64,000 bases of DNA from sequence record NC_019407.1, one strand, 5' to 3'. Positions 9,118-18,107 of this stretch are shown here, piece after piece; position 1 is the stretch's first letter; every line of letters starts with the position of its first letter. The notes under the pieces are model-generated. The model ran no database searches and was not told the DNA's origin. It saw nothing but the letters and a program-made list of their open reading frames with translations. A program made the position numbers and the translations under genes.

Positions 9118-9168
9118 CTCCTTGTCGGCGGACGCATCCCGCGCCCGCCCCTTTCTGGATCGCTTCCC

Positions 9169-9561
9169 ATGGCTCGCCCCTCTGACCTGCTCAACGTCAA
9201 CGCCGCCCGCGTCCTGGCTTGCCTTGAGCCTATCGCCGCCGCCGCTAAGACGGCCCCGGCCGCCGACCGCGCCGCCCTTTCCTACCTGCTCGACGCTGGC
9301 GAGTATGTCGCCGCGTGGCGCCGCAACCTCACGGAAACCGACCGCCGCAAGGCCTATGGCGCGGCCTGCGCCGCCGAAGCCCTGGCGCTCGCCAACGCCT
9401 ATCAGCCCGCCACCCTGCAAGGCGGCGCCGTCCGCCGCGCTCTGGGCGCCTATGCCGCCGCCCTTAAGGTCCTGCTAGACGGGGAGCCGGTTAAGGCGGT
9501 CCGCGCCGCCGAAGGCGCGGCGCTTTCGGTCCGCGCTCGCTACGCCAACACCCGCCTTTAA
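9169..9561 (+). CDS. Hypothetical Ala-rich early protein (130 aa)
   Basis: ATG after GGAT; GC3 bias. Confidence 0.7.
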   Translation: MARPSDLLNVNAARVLACLEPIAAAAKTAPAADRAALSYLLDAGEYVAAWRRNLTETDRRKAYGAACAAEALALANAYQPATLQGGAVRRALGAYAAALKVLLDGEPVKAVRAAEGAALSVRARYANTRL

Positions 9562-9589
9562 CCTCTTGTTAAGACCTCCCGGCTATGGT
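9558..9589 (+). promoter_or_regulatory. CtrA-box early promoter
   Basis: TTAA-N7-TTAAG-N10-TATGGT. Confidence 0.7.
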
Positions 9590-9615
9590 CGGGAGGTCGC
9601 AAGGAGACACCCGAC

Positions 9616-9810
9616 ATGACCCGCCCCGGCCCCGCCTCGCTCTTGACCCCGCAAGCCCGTTTCTCGTCGCCGCGCGTCCTGATCCTTCCGGGCGCGGCTC
9701 CCATGCCGATTCGCCAGCCGCGCGGCCTTTGCGCCGTCGAGTGCGTCGCCCTTGGCGTGACGCTGGGCGCGGCGCTCTACCTCGCCGCCCGCGTGTTCGG
9801 TCTGGTCTGA
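9616..9810 (+). CDS. Small protein with C-terminal TM helix (64 aa)
   Basis: SD AAGGAG; hydrophobic C-terminus. Confidence 0.65.
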   Translation: MTRPGPASLLTPQARFSSPRVLILPGAAPMPIRQPRGLCAVECVALGVTLGAALYLAARVFGLV

Positions 9811-10196
9811 CCAGACCCCCGCCCCGCCCCCGGTCGGACCGGTCGGGGGTGTGTCCCATAATGACACACCCCCCGCCACCTAGTATCTTTTTTGATTCGG
9901 AGGGACCCAAAGGCCCCCTACGTTAACCATTTTTGGCGGCGCCCCCCGGCGCCTACGGATCATTTTGAAAAATCGCGTTGACAAAACCAGCGATCAACGT
10001 CAAGGATCGTGACGTCGAGCAGCCCCGCCCGACACGGGCGGCCCGCCCCCCATTCGCCGCCCGACGGCCCCATCTCCGACGTCCACCGGGGGTGGGGCCT
10101 TTTCATTTTCCAGCCAGGGGACCCAAGGCCCCCTGGCTTTGTAAATCGGACCGCCAAAAGGTCCCTCCAAAAATTTTCAAAACCAGAAACGCCCGG

Positions 10197-10225
10197 TTGA
10201 CACTTCCAGACTTGGCTTCTAAGTG
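10197..10225 (+). promoter_or_regulatory. Sigma70-type promoter for the middle-gene operon
   Basis: TTGACA-N17-TAAGTG upstream of SD GAGGAG and the ATG at 10258. Confidence 0.65.
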
Positions 10226-10257
10226 TTGCGCGACGACACGCAATCGAGGAGCCCGTC

Positions 10258-11004
10258 ATGACCGACGACATCACCAACGCCACCCCCTACCACAAGTTCA
10301 CGCCCTACGACTGGCGCGGCTATATCGAGTTCCCGGCCACGGTCGATCTGGCCAAGCTGGTCCAGACCATCTACGCCCGCTCGACCCCCAGGGGCCTGGG
10401 CTTCCTCCACTTCACCCCCGGCGATCTGGACGAGGGCCGCGTCACCACCGCCATCTATGACGCCCAGGAACGCTTCACCGAGGCCGAAGCCCAGTCGGCG
10501 CTCGACTTCAACGGCGAGCCCCGCGACAGCCGTCACCGCTTCTTCGACTTCGACTATGTCGACGGCCGGGCGGTGAAGTTCAACCTCTACCGCGACCTCA
10601 ACGATCGCCGCTTCTACTGCGAACTCGACTGGTTCGACCATTCCGAGTATGACGTCTTCGATCTGGTCGCCACCCTGCGCGACCTGTCCGACGACGCCAC
10701 CAAGGCCTATCTCGACGCGGTCGCCGCCGCCAAGGCCCAGAAAAAGGCCGACGAGTTCGCCGCGACCGAAGCGCGCGCCCTCCTCCTGGTCCGCGCCCTG
10801 AAAAACGTCATGGGCGGCTCGGAGACCATCCCCCGCGAGGAGTTCTATCGCCGCTACGGCGGCAAGCCGAGCGTCATGTACGCCGCCGACGCCCAGGATC
10901 GCCCCTATTTCGACTACGCGTTCAACCGCGACCACACCATTGTCACCGTCCGGCCGGACGAGGGCGGCGAGGCCCTCTACGCCCGCGACGCCGTCCCGGC
11001 CTGA
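10258..11004 (+). CDS. Hypothetical protein (248 aa)
   Basis: SD GAGGAG; strong GC3 bias. Confidence 0.85.
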   Translation: MTDDITNATPYHKFTPYDWRGYIEFPATVDLAKLVQTIYARSTPRGLGFLHFTPGDLDEGRVTTAIYDAQERFTEAEAQSALDFNGEPRDSRHRFFDFDYVDGRAVKFNLYRDLNDRRFYCELDWFDHSEYDVFDLVATLRDLSDDATKAYLDAVAAAKAQKKADEFAATEARALLLVRALKNVMGGSETIPREEFYRRYGGKPSVMYAADAQDRPYFDYAFNRDHTIVTVRPDEGGEALYARDAVPA

Positions 11005-11008
11005 TCCC

Positions 11009-11236
11009 ATGAGCGACGAACGCGGCCCCGGCCACACCAAGTTCTACGCCTCCGAGGACGGCAAGCACGTCATGCGCTGCCTGAACAACGACCCGGCCTG
11101 GGTCAGTCCGGTCGTCCATGACGAGGCGCCGCTGCCGGCCTGGAAGATCGCCTCGATGTTGCAGGACGCCTATAATCTCGGCAAGCGCGAACAGCAGGAG
11201 ATCATTCGCCGCGCCCTTGGAGTTCCCGGACGATGA
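11009..11236 (+). CDS. Hypothetical protein (75 aa)
   Basis: ATG at 11009; ATGA overlap with the next gene. Confidence 0.7.
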   Translation: MSDERGPGHTKFYASEDGKHVMRCLNNDPAWVSPVVHDEAPLPAWKIASMLQDAYNLGKREQQEIIRRALGVPGR

Positions 11237-11907
11237 CCGAACTGTCCCTTGGCGAGCGCTATGCGCGGGAGGCCCTGGCGGTCGCCCTGTTTGGCCAGCG
11301 CCGCACGCCTTCGTCGATCGGCGGCGCGCCGGCCTCGCTCTGGCACGAGATCGCGCCCCAGCAGCGCGGAAGCTGGCGCGAGCAGGCCGATCGCCTCGTC
11401 GCCGAGCAGGCGGGGGACGCCACGGCCGTCACCAAGGACCAGACTCGCATCCTGGAACCCTGGGAGGCGGCGCTGAAGGCCCTGGCCGACGGCAAGGACC
11501 CGGACGACTACTACGGCGGCGATGACCACCGCGCCGATCGCCCCATTTCGACCTACTACCGCACCACAGTCACCTACGACTACGCCCTGACCGACGAGAC
11601 CCTGCTGAAGGCCTGGGCCAGCGCCGAGCGCCAGGGTCTTTCCCTGCCGGCCTTCCCGGAAGACGCCTTCTCGGGCGCGGCGATCGACGAGACCAAGTTC
11701 CGCACCCTGACCGCCTGGGAGGCGGCCGTCATGGCGGTCACCCAGTACGACAAGGCCGAGCGCTTTGACGCCTACCGCTTCAAGGTTCCGTTCGAGTTCC
11801 GGTTCACCGCCCAGACCCTGGCGGAGTTCAACGACCTGCTGACCGCCGCTGATGAGCAAGCCCTGCCCAACCGCGCGCCGGCCGACAACAAGAGGTACCC
11901 CGCCTGA
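11233..11907 (+). CDS. Hypothetical protein (224 aa)
   Basis: Translationally coupled ORF. Confidence 0.8.
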   Translation: MTELSLGERYAREALAVALFGQRRTPSSIGGAPASLWHEIAPQQRGSWREQADRLVAEQAGDATAVTKDQTRILEPWEAALKALADGKDPDDYYGGDDHRADRPISTYYRTTVTYDYALTDETLLKAWASAERQGLSLPAFPEDAFSGAAIDETKFRTLTAWEAAVMAVTQYDKAERFDAYRFKVPFEFRFTAQTLAEFNDLLTAADEQALPNRAPADNKRYPA

Positions 11908-12179
11908 TGCGCCGTCTCGCCATCCTGACCCTCGCCGCGATCACCCTGACCGCCTGCGCCGAGCAGACCAAGGTGGACGATCAGGTCTACGCCACGCTGG
12001 AGAACGGCTGCGTCGTCCACAAGATCGTTCGCCAGGAGAAGGGCAGCATGTTCGTCGAGGAGGTCTACACCACCGTCTGCCCCAACGGGGCGACCCGGAC
12101 GGAGTGGGAGACGACCAAGATGGTCGGCAAGACGGTGACCGTCGAACGGCACGCCACCGAAACCCCGGCGACGCGCTGA
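11907..12179 (+). CDS. Putative lipoprotein (90 aa)
   Basis: MRRLAILTLAAITLTA-C signal peptide with lipobox. Confidence 0.75.
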   Translation: MRRLAILTLAAITLTACAEQTKVDDQVYATLENGCVVHKIVRQEKGSMFVEEVYTTVCPNGATRTEWETTKMVGKTVTVERHATETPATR

Positions 12180-12256
12180 TGACCGCCGCCCTGACCCTCT
12201 CGCGCCGCTTCACCCCCGCCGCCCCGGCCGACGCCATCGAAGACTTCAACCCGTAG
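12179..12256 (+). CDS. 25-aa peptide MTAALTLSRRFTPAAPADAIEDFNP
   Basis: TGATG coupling; fills the gap in the operon. Confidence 0.45.
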   Translation: MTAALTLSRRFTPAAPADAIEDFNP

Positions 12257-12263
12257 GCGTAGC

Positions 12264-12638
12264 ATGAGCGTCAACTACTATATCGAGCAAAAAGGTCGCT
12301 ACCCGCAGATCGTCGATTGGGTCAAGGAAGATCACATCGGCCAGTGGGCGGACGGCCGGTTCCTGTTTTGTGGGACCAAGCACCGCACCACCCGCGAATG
12401 GCGTGATCGCCTGCGCAAGCTGTACGCCAACGAGCGCATCGTCAGCGAGAACGGCGTGGTCATGAGCCCGAGCGAGTTCTGGAACATGGTCGGTCAGACC
12501 CTGGCCAACGACACCACGCTCGACTACGCTTTGAACGTCGCCCAGGGCTTCGAGCAATACAGCCTCGCGCGCGGCTTCCTGGAGGGCCGCTTCTGGATGG
12601 ACGGTCCCTTCGCCTTCACCAGCAACGAGTTCCATTGA
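12264..12638 (+). CDS. Hypothetical protein (124 aa)
   Basis: ORF track; coupled to the next gene. Confidence 0.75.
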   Translation: MSVNYYIEQKGRYPQIVDWVKEDHIGQWADGRFLFCGTKHRTTREWRDRLRKLYANERIVSENGVVMSPSEFWNMVGQTLANDTTLDYALNVAQGFEQYSLARGFLEGRFWMDGPFAFTSNEFH

Positions 12639-13063
12639 TGCCCGGATTTTTCGCCCGCCTGCTTTACCGGATCGCCGGCGTCGCCCCGATTAGCACGCCG
12701 AAGACCGCCGCCCTGGTCGCGGCGGTCTGGTGGACGACCCGGATGAATATCGAGGCGGCCGTCGACCCCGGCACGAGCGACGCCGAAAAGCTCCAACTGG
12801 CCGATGCCTTCCAGGACGAGCTTTGCCGGCTGATCGACGGGCGCCTGCGGCGGATCGGCAAGCGTTCCGAGGGGCTGTCGATCGACTTCGACTACACGCC
12901 CGACCCGCTTCTGGCCGAGGCCTTGCGCAAGGCCGGCGTCTCGCGCAGCGTCTGGAGCGACCTGTGGCTCAACAAGACCCGCATGGTCGTCCAGTCCCAC
13001 CAGATCAGCGTCAAGCCCGGACTGGCCGGGCAGCGCTACACCATCCCCATCGGAGAGGTCTGA
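12638..13063 (+). CDS. Hypothetical protein (141 aa)
   Basis: TGATG coupling on both sides. Confidence 0.75.
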   Translation: MPGFFARLLYRIAGVAPISTPKTAALVAAVWWTTRMNIEAAVDPGTSDAEKLQLADAFQDELCRLIDGRLRRIGKRSEGLSIDFDYTPDPLLAEALRKAGVSRSVWSDLWLNKTRMVVQSHQISVKPGLAGQRYTIPIGEV

Positions 13064-13365
13064 TGCCCTACTACCGCAAGAAGCCCGTCGTGATCGAGGC
13101 CATCACCTTCGACGAACTCGTCGCCCACGGGATCGCCGAGTACAAGGCCGGGCGCGGGAACTACGTCAACGGCATGCCCTGGTCGTTCGACTACAAGGGC
13201 CAGCGGGTCACCCACGAGGACGACGACACCTATCTGATCCCGACCCTGGAGGGGACCATGACCTTCAGCCGGGGCGCGATGCTGATCACCGGCGTCCAGG
13301 GCGAGGTCTACCCGTGCGCGATGGACATCTTCGAAGCAACCTACGAGCGCGTGGAGGCTCCGTGA
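13063..13365 (+). CDS. Conserved phage protein of the YRKKPVVIEA type (100 aa)
   Basis: YRKKPVVIEA, IPTLEG and ITGVQGEVYPC..DIFEATYE motifs. Confidence 0.8.
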   Translation: MPYYRKKPVVIEAITFDELVAHGIAEYKAGRGNYVNGMPWSFDYKGQRVTHEDDDTYLIPTLEGTMTFSRGAMLITGVQGEVYPCAMDIFEATYERVEAP

Positions 13366-13631
13366 GCAAGTCCCAGCCGAGCAAGGCCGAACTGATGGCG
13401 GTCGGCGAGCGCAAGCACGAGACTTGCCGCTACGGCCGGCTGACCGAGATGTGGACCACCGACCTCGTCACCAACAAGGAGACGGCGGGCGTGGCGCCGC
13501 TCTGCACCTTCGACCCGCCCGGCGATCTCCCGCCGGCCCTCAAGCGGGTCTGGGGCGGCATCATCGACCTGGATCGCGACTGCGCCGTCTGTCTGGCCCA
13601 TCGCGAGGTGCCGGCGGAGCCGCTCCCGTGA
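13362..13631 (+). CDS. Hypothetical Cys-containing protein (89 aa)
   Basis: GTGA overlap; SD GGAGG. Confidence 0.65.
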   Translation: MSKSQPSKAELMAVGERKHETCRYGRLTEMWTTDLVTNKETAGVAPLCTFDPPGDLPPALKRVWGGIIDLDRDCAVCLAHREVPAEPLP

Positions 13632-13924
13632 GCAAGACCTGGGACCACCGCGTCTTCTGCCCTTGCGGCCACAATGACGAGCACTATGGCGGCGATCCGG
13701 CCCTGGCCGGGTACTGGTACAAGAACGACGTCTGCCCCCGCTGCGCCACGCGCGGCGACCGCTGGCGCGTCTTCACCGTCCGCTGGGTCTCGAAGGCCAA
13801 GCTCTGGGCGCCGTGGACCTGGGGCCGGGGCTATTGGGAGGCCGACACCGGCGAGGCGCGCAAGCCCCTGACCGAGGTCTGGCCGGTGCTCGCGGGCAAG
13901 GAGGCGATCCATGCCGAAATCTGA
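13628..13924 (+). CDS. Putative Zn-ribbon protein (98 aa)
   Basis: CPCG...CPRC; GTGA overlap. Confidence 0.65.
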   Translation: MSKTWDHRVFCPCGHNDEHYGGDPALAGYWYKNDVCPRCATRGDRWRVFTVRWVSKAKLWAPWTWGRGYWEADTGEARKPLTEVWPVLAGKEAIHAEI

Positions 13925-14312
13925 GGTCGACGGCGTCCTTGACGCGGCCTTCCCGCCGCTGGTCAAGGTCTGGACCTACGACAAGGCCCCGCGCTACCGC
14001 GCCAAGCGAGTCCTGCGCATGGAGCACCACGCCGCCCCAAGGACCATCTGGGTCGTCGGCCGGCGCCTGCCGCTTCCGTGGATCAACCTCTACTGGCCGC
14101 TGCGCTACTGGTATGTCGAGCCGGGCGAGAAGCCCATCAAGCTCGCCGCCCAGTTCAGCACCCCCGAGGCCGCCGCCAAGTTCATCGTCTCCAAGCCGGA
14201 CTTCTTCCCTCACCGCCCGGCCGTGCGCCTGGATGATGTCCACTACTTCACCCAGCGGGGCGATCCGGCCATCCTGGGCGAGCCCAAGCCCCGCAAGGAG
14301 CGTGTCTTTTGA
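13911..14312 (+). CDS. Hypothetical protein (133 aa)
   Basis: SD AAGGAGG. Confidence 0.75.
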   Translation: MPKSEVDGVLDAAFPPLVKVWTYDKAPRYRAKRVLRMEHHAAPRTIWVVGRRLPLPWINLYWPLRYWYVEPGEKPIKLAAQFSTPEAAAKFIVSKPDFFPHRPAVRLDDVHYFTQRGDPAILGEPKPRKERVF

Positions 14313-14974
14313 GCATCCGGATCGGCGAGCGCCACCTCGAATACACCACCGACAAGGTCTACTGGCTCCCGCGCGGCTATTCCAAGCGGAGCGGCCGGTA
14401 CGTCTACCCGCACCAAGGCTGGTCGTGGACCGAGTGGCGCTCGGAGGTCACCGACACCTACGAGACCCTGGAGCGCGCCCAGCAGGCGATCTCCGGCGGC
14501 TATCTCAAGGACATGATCAAGTCCCAGGAGATCGTCGACATCGTCATCCTCCAGGTTCGCACGGTCCGGGAGATCGTCGAGGACCGCACCATCGTGGCCC
14601 ATGACCTCGCCGGCAAGCCACTCGACCGAGCCGAGCCGTCGGTGAGCGCCCAGGGTCATGTCCTGGAGCCGGGCGCCTATGTCTTCCTCAACTATGACGG
14701 CGACGCGGACCCGACCACCTATGCGGTCTATGGCAAGGTCCTGGCCATCCACGAGGACCGCGTCAGCCTGTGGGTGGTCAACGGGGCCTGGACCATGGTC
14801 CTGACCGCCGCCGACGGGACCTTGCGGGTCGCGCCCGAGAGCCACGGCCCCGCCGGGCGCGAGGTCTTCATCCTCTATGCCGGCGAGCCGCCCAACCCCT
14901 TGACCGGGTCGGACTTCTACACCGACCAGTTCAACGCCTATCTCAAGTTGCGCGGCCTGGAAGCTGCCGCCTGA
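14309..14974 (+). CDS. Hypothetical protein (221 aa)
   Basis: TTG start with SD AAGGAG and TTGA overlap. Confidence 0.75.
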   Translation: MSIRIGERHLEYTTDKVYWLPRGYSKRSGRYVYPHQGWSWTEWRSEVTDTYETLERAQQAISGGYLKDMIKSQEIVDIVILQVRTVREIVEDRTIVAHDLAGKPLDRAEPSVSAQGHVLEPGAYVFLNYDGDADPTTYAVYGKVLAIHEDRVSLWVVNGAWTMVLTAADGTLRVAPESHGPAGREVFILYAGEPPNPLTGSDFYTDQFNAYLKLRGLEAAA

Positions 14975-14982
14975 AGGACAAC

Positions 14983-15603
14983 ATGACCGACTCGCCCCTT
15001 CACCCGACCGACCGCGCGATCCTCGACCTCCTCCAGGAGGAGGCCGCCGAGACCCTGCTGGAATTCGCCCCGGTGATCGGCCGGCTGATCAAGATCGCCT
15101 CCAAGGTCAAGCGCTTCGGCAACGGGACCAACCCGTTCGAGCCGGACGCCAAGCCCAACTTCGAACTCCTCGAAGACGAGATCGGCGATCTGGAGGCCCT
15201 GGTCGACCTCCTGTCCGAGCGCGGTCTGGTCTCTCGCGAGCGGATCAACGCCCGCAAGGTCTGGAAGCGCGGCATGCTCAAGGTCCACAAGACCCTTCCC
15301 GAGGACGCCTTCTCGGTCGAAAACCTCCCGCCGCCCACCGTGCCGGGCCTTGACCTGGACCCGTCCAACCCCATTGTCGCTTTGGCGGCTGACGTCCGCA
15401 CCGGAGGCTATACCGCCCTCTTCGGCGGCCACGCCCCGTCGGCCGAGCCGCCCGAGCCGCCCGCGCCGGGCAAGCCGCTCTACATCCGCTACATCGACAG
15501 CCAGTCGATCCACTCCAACCGCTTCCTGTCCTGGGAAGAACTGAGCAGCGCCGACCGCCAGCGGTGGAACGACGCGGCCAAGGCCGGCAAGATCGCCCCG
15601 TAA
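14983..15603 (+). CDS. MazG-like (all-alpha) NTP pyrophosphohydrolase
   Basis: LQEEAAE...ASKVKRFG...LEDEIGDLEALVDLL pattern; SD AAGGA. Confidence 0.65.
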   Translation: MTDSPLHPTDRAILDLLQEEAAETLLEFAPVIGRLIKIASKVKRFGNGTNPFEPDAKPNFELLEDEIGDLEALVDLLSERGLVSRERINARKVWKRGMLKVHKTLPEDAFSVENLPPPTVPGLDLDPSNPIVALAADVRTGGYTALFGGHAPSAEPPEPPAPGKPLYIRYIDSQSIHSNRFLSWEELSSADRQRWNDAAKAGKIAP

Positions 15604-15613
15604 CGAGGACCCC

Positions 15614-16174
15614 ATGACCCAGCTTCTCCCCGACACCCTCTATGTGACGTCCCGCGAGGGTCCCGAATACAGCGCCACGACCCAGGAGGGCCTGCCCGAC
15701 GCCGTGCGCTACACCCGCTTCGACCACGACCAGCACATCAAGGCCGCCAAGATGCTCTTGGCCGGCGCGACGATCCACGAGGCCCACGGGCAGTACGGCA
15801 TCGCCGCCGGCCTGAAGGCGGCCGTGACCGAGGCTGGCGTCAACATCGTCGGCGAGGCCACCGACATCCTCAAGGCCCAGGAACTGACGATCGCCCAGTT
15901 GCGCCGCCAGCGCAACGACCTCCTGGTCGCCAACAACCACTATCTGGCCGACGCCCGCGCCGCGCGGGCTGGCGAGCCATCCCCGCCGGTGACCCCGGAG
16001 GTCGCCGACGCCATCCGGGCGATCGGGATCGACGCCCTTCAGCGCAAGGCCAAGGACTACCTGGAGGACTACGAGTACCGGGGCGAGTTCGGGACCTTCC
16101 AGCCCGGCCCGCAGGAACGGATCGTGCTCGACGATCTCCTGCAAGGCTTCCTGGCCCTGATCACCGAGGCCTGA
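15614..16174 (+). CDS. Hypothetical protein (186 aa)
   Basis: SD GAGGA. Confidence 0.8.
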   Translation: MTQLLPDTLYVTSREGPEYSATTQEGLPDAVRYTRFDHDQHIKAAKMLLAGATIHEAHGQYGIAAGLKAAVTEAGVNIVGEATDILKAQELTIAQLRRQRNDLLVANNHYLADARAARAGEPSPPVTPEVADAIRAIGIDALQRKAKDYLEDYEYRGEFGTFQPGPQERIVLDDLLQGFLALITEA

Positions 16175-16175
16175 C

Positions 16176-16406
16176 ATGGACGAAGCGGCCATCCGAGAGG
16201 AGTTCGAGCGCCGGATGTTGACGCTGATGCGCAACGCCCCGCCCGGCTATGTCCAAGCCGCGCTGGAGCGCCGCCCGGATGGGCGCTACGTCCAGATGAC
16301 CATCCAGCGCAACTACCGTCACTTCCGGATCGGCTTCGAGATGGGCTACATCGCCCGCGCCAAGGACGACGCCCTGAAGGGCATGAAGAAGGGCTCCAAG
16401 CGGTGA
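16176..16406 (+). CDS. Hypothetical protein (76 aa)
   Basis: ORF track, operonic. Confidence 0.7.
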   Translation: MDEAAIREEFERRMLTLMRNAPPGYVQAALERRPDGRYVQMTIQRNYRHFRIGFEMGYIARAKDDALKGMKKGSKR

Positions 16407-16621
16407 TCCCCTACGATCTGCGTCAGCAGCATGACGAGTGGGGCAACGCCGAGCACCTCCTGTCCCCGCTCGACGCGGGCAAGCTGCGCGACAACGACTG
16501 GCGCCGCGTCTCGGGCGATTGCGTCTGCGCGGTCTGTGGCAAGCTCTACTACGACCACCCGCCCGTCCTGGGCGCGCTCTGGCTCAACCGCATCTGCGAT
16601 GGGAACTTGGTGAAGCTCTGA
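16403..16621 (+). CDS. Small Cys/His protein (72 aa)
   Basis: CVCAVCGK..HP...C; overlapping start and stop. Confidence 0.7.
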   Translation: MIPYDLRQQHDEWGNAEHLLSPLDAGKLRDNDWRRVSGDCVCAVCGKLYYDHPPVLGALWLNRICDGNLVKL

Positions 16622-16788
16622 TGAAGGACGACAAGGGTCTCCCCATGGCCTTCACCCTGATCGGGGCGATCGCCCTGATCATCATCCTGTCGACGATCTT
16701 CCTCGGGGTCGCGCGGCGCTATGGCTGGACCGAGCCGAAGCTGGACCTGAATCTGGACCCGCCCGAAACTGTGAGGCCCATTCGATGA
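16621..16788 (+). CDS. Small membrane protein (55 aa)
   Basis: TGATG coupling; one TM helix. Confidence 0.65.
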   Translation: MKDDKGLPMAFTLIGAIALIIILSTIFLGVARRYGWTEPKLDLNLDPPETVRPIR

Positions 16789-16991
16789 TCAATCCCGACG
16801 GCGTTCTGATCAAGACCTGGGAGGTCCACTGTCGGGCCTGCCAGGAGCCCTATCTGGGCATCCGGGGCGACATGTCCCAGGCCCAGGCGGAGCTTCGCAA
16901 GATGGGCTGGCGCACGCGCGGCGGTCGCTGGGTCTGCGCGGACTGCGAGCCGGGCGTGCCGATCGGCCACCGGTGGACAGATGAGCCCTGA
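16785..16991 (+). CDS. Zn-ribbon protein (68 aa)
   Basis: CRAC...CADC. Confidence 0.65.
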   Translation: MINPDGVLIKTWEVHCRACQEPYLGIRGDMSQAQAELRKMGWRTRGGRWVCADCEPGVPIGHRWTDEP

Positions 16992-17082
16992 ATGACTTAC
17001 CTGTCGTCCATATAGGGCCATTACGCCTTACCTGTAAGGCGCCCGGAAATGGGCTAGTCGCGGCTCCAAGCCCTCTGGAGGG

Positions 17083-17286
17083 CTACTTTTCCATGAATTT
17101 CCGCACCTGGAGGTAGCGCCCAAGCAAGTCGTGCAGCACCTCCGCCTCCCGGAGCGTGATGATCTGCTCGCCGAGCGAGGTCGGCCCCTCTAGGGCGACC
17201 AGTACCTGATCGTCGACCGCATCCTCGATCGTCACCACGATGGGGTTGCCAAGTTCGTTGATGAACGCCTTCTGAAGCTGTCGCAC
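17083..17286 (-). CDS. Hypothetical protein (67 aa)
   Basis: SD AAGGAG before GTG on the minus strand. Confidence 0.65.
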   Translation of the reverse strand: MRQLQKAFINELGNPIVVTIEDAVDDQVLVALEGPTSLGEQIITLREAEVLHDLLGRYLQVRKFMEK

Positions 17287-17290
17287 GGTG

Positions 17291-18037
17291 CTACTCCTTG
17301 AGGTAGCCGGCGGCGATCGCCTCGGCCCTGGTGTCGGCTTTGCTCAGGACCGAATAGCCCCGCGCCTGGATGAAACGGACGTCCTCGTAAAGCTGGACCT
17401 CCAGCTTGCCGTCGAGCGCGATGCGCCCCAGCCGAACGGGCGAGGCCACGAACGGCGCCGGCTCTCCGCCCTTCCAGACATTGATCTCGACCTCGCCGCG
17501 ATCGGCCGTCGCCACCACCAGCGAGGCGTGGCCGCCGATCCAGTTGGGATTCCAGATTTCCAGCCACATCGTGTCGCCGCCCGCGCCGGCGTCGGCCAAG
17601 CGGCGCGCCAGCGTCAGGGCGTAGTCCTCGCAGTCGCCGCAGAAGGCGTTTTCGGCCCAAAAATCGCCCTTTTGGTACATCGTGCGGTCGGAAGTGTACT
17701 GAAAAGTGCTCCTGAGCGCCTTGTCTTGCTCAAAAACCTCTGAAAATGCCAATTTTTGCCCCTTCCTGACCTCGCAGAGGGGATTTTTGGCCCATTTTTC
17801 GCAGAAAACCCGCAGATCGGGGATCGCCACCGCCACTTCGCCGCCATAGGCGGGCGTCTCGTCGCCCGAGCCGCTGGATTTCGGGTCGGCGGGGCATTGG
17901 TGGTCGACGGCGGCCGGCGCGGTGACGAACGGCAAGTCCTGGCCCGGCGCGGCGAGGGAAAGAGCGCTCCAGGCGAACCAGCCCAGGGCGCCAAACAGGA
18001 TCGTTGCGATCGCGACGACGACAAGCCAGAAACGCAT
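17291..18037 (-). CDS. Exported transglutaminase-like cysteine protease (BTLCP / peptidase C93, LapG-like)
   Basis: N-terminal signal/TM segment; GDCEDYAL catalytic Cys motif; GHASLVV. Confidence 0.8.
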   Translation of the reverse strand: MRFWLVVVAIATILFGALGWFAWSALSLAAPGQDLPFVTAPAAVDHQCPADPKSSGSGDETPAYGGEVAVAIPDLRVFCEKWAKNPLCEVRKGQKLAFSEVFEQDKALRSTFQYTSDRTMYQKGDFWAENAFCGDCEDYALTLARRLADAGAGGDTMWLEIWNPNWIGGHASLVVATADRGEVEINVWKGGEPAPFVASPVRLGRIALDGKLEVQLYEDVRFIQARGYSVLSKADTRAEAIAAGYLKE

Positions 18038-18107
18038 GATCGACACCCCTTAAGTGTCATTAACCATGACACAAGATGTCGTGAATCGCAACATTCGCGC
18101 ATAAGAA

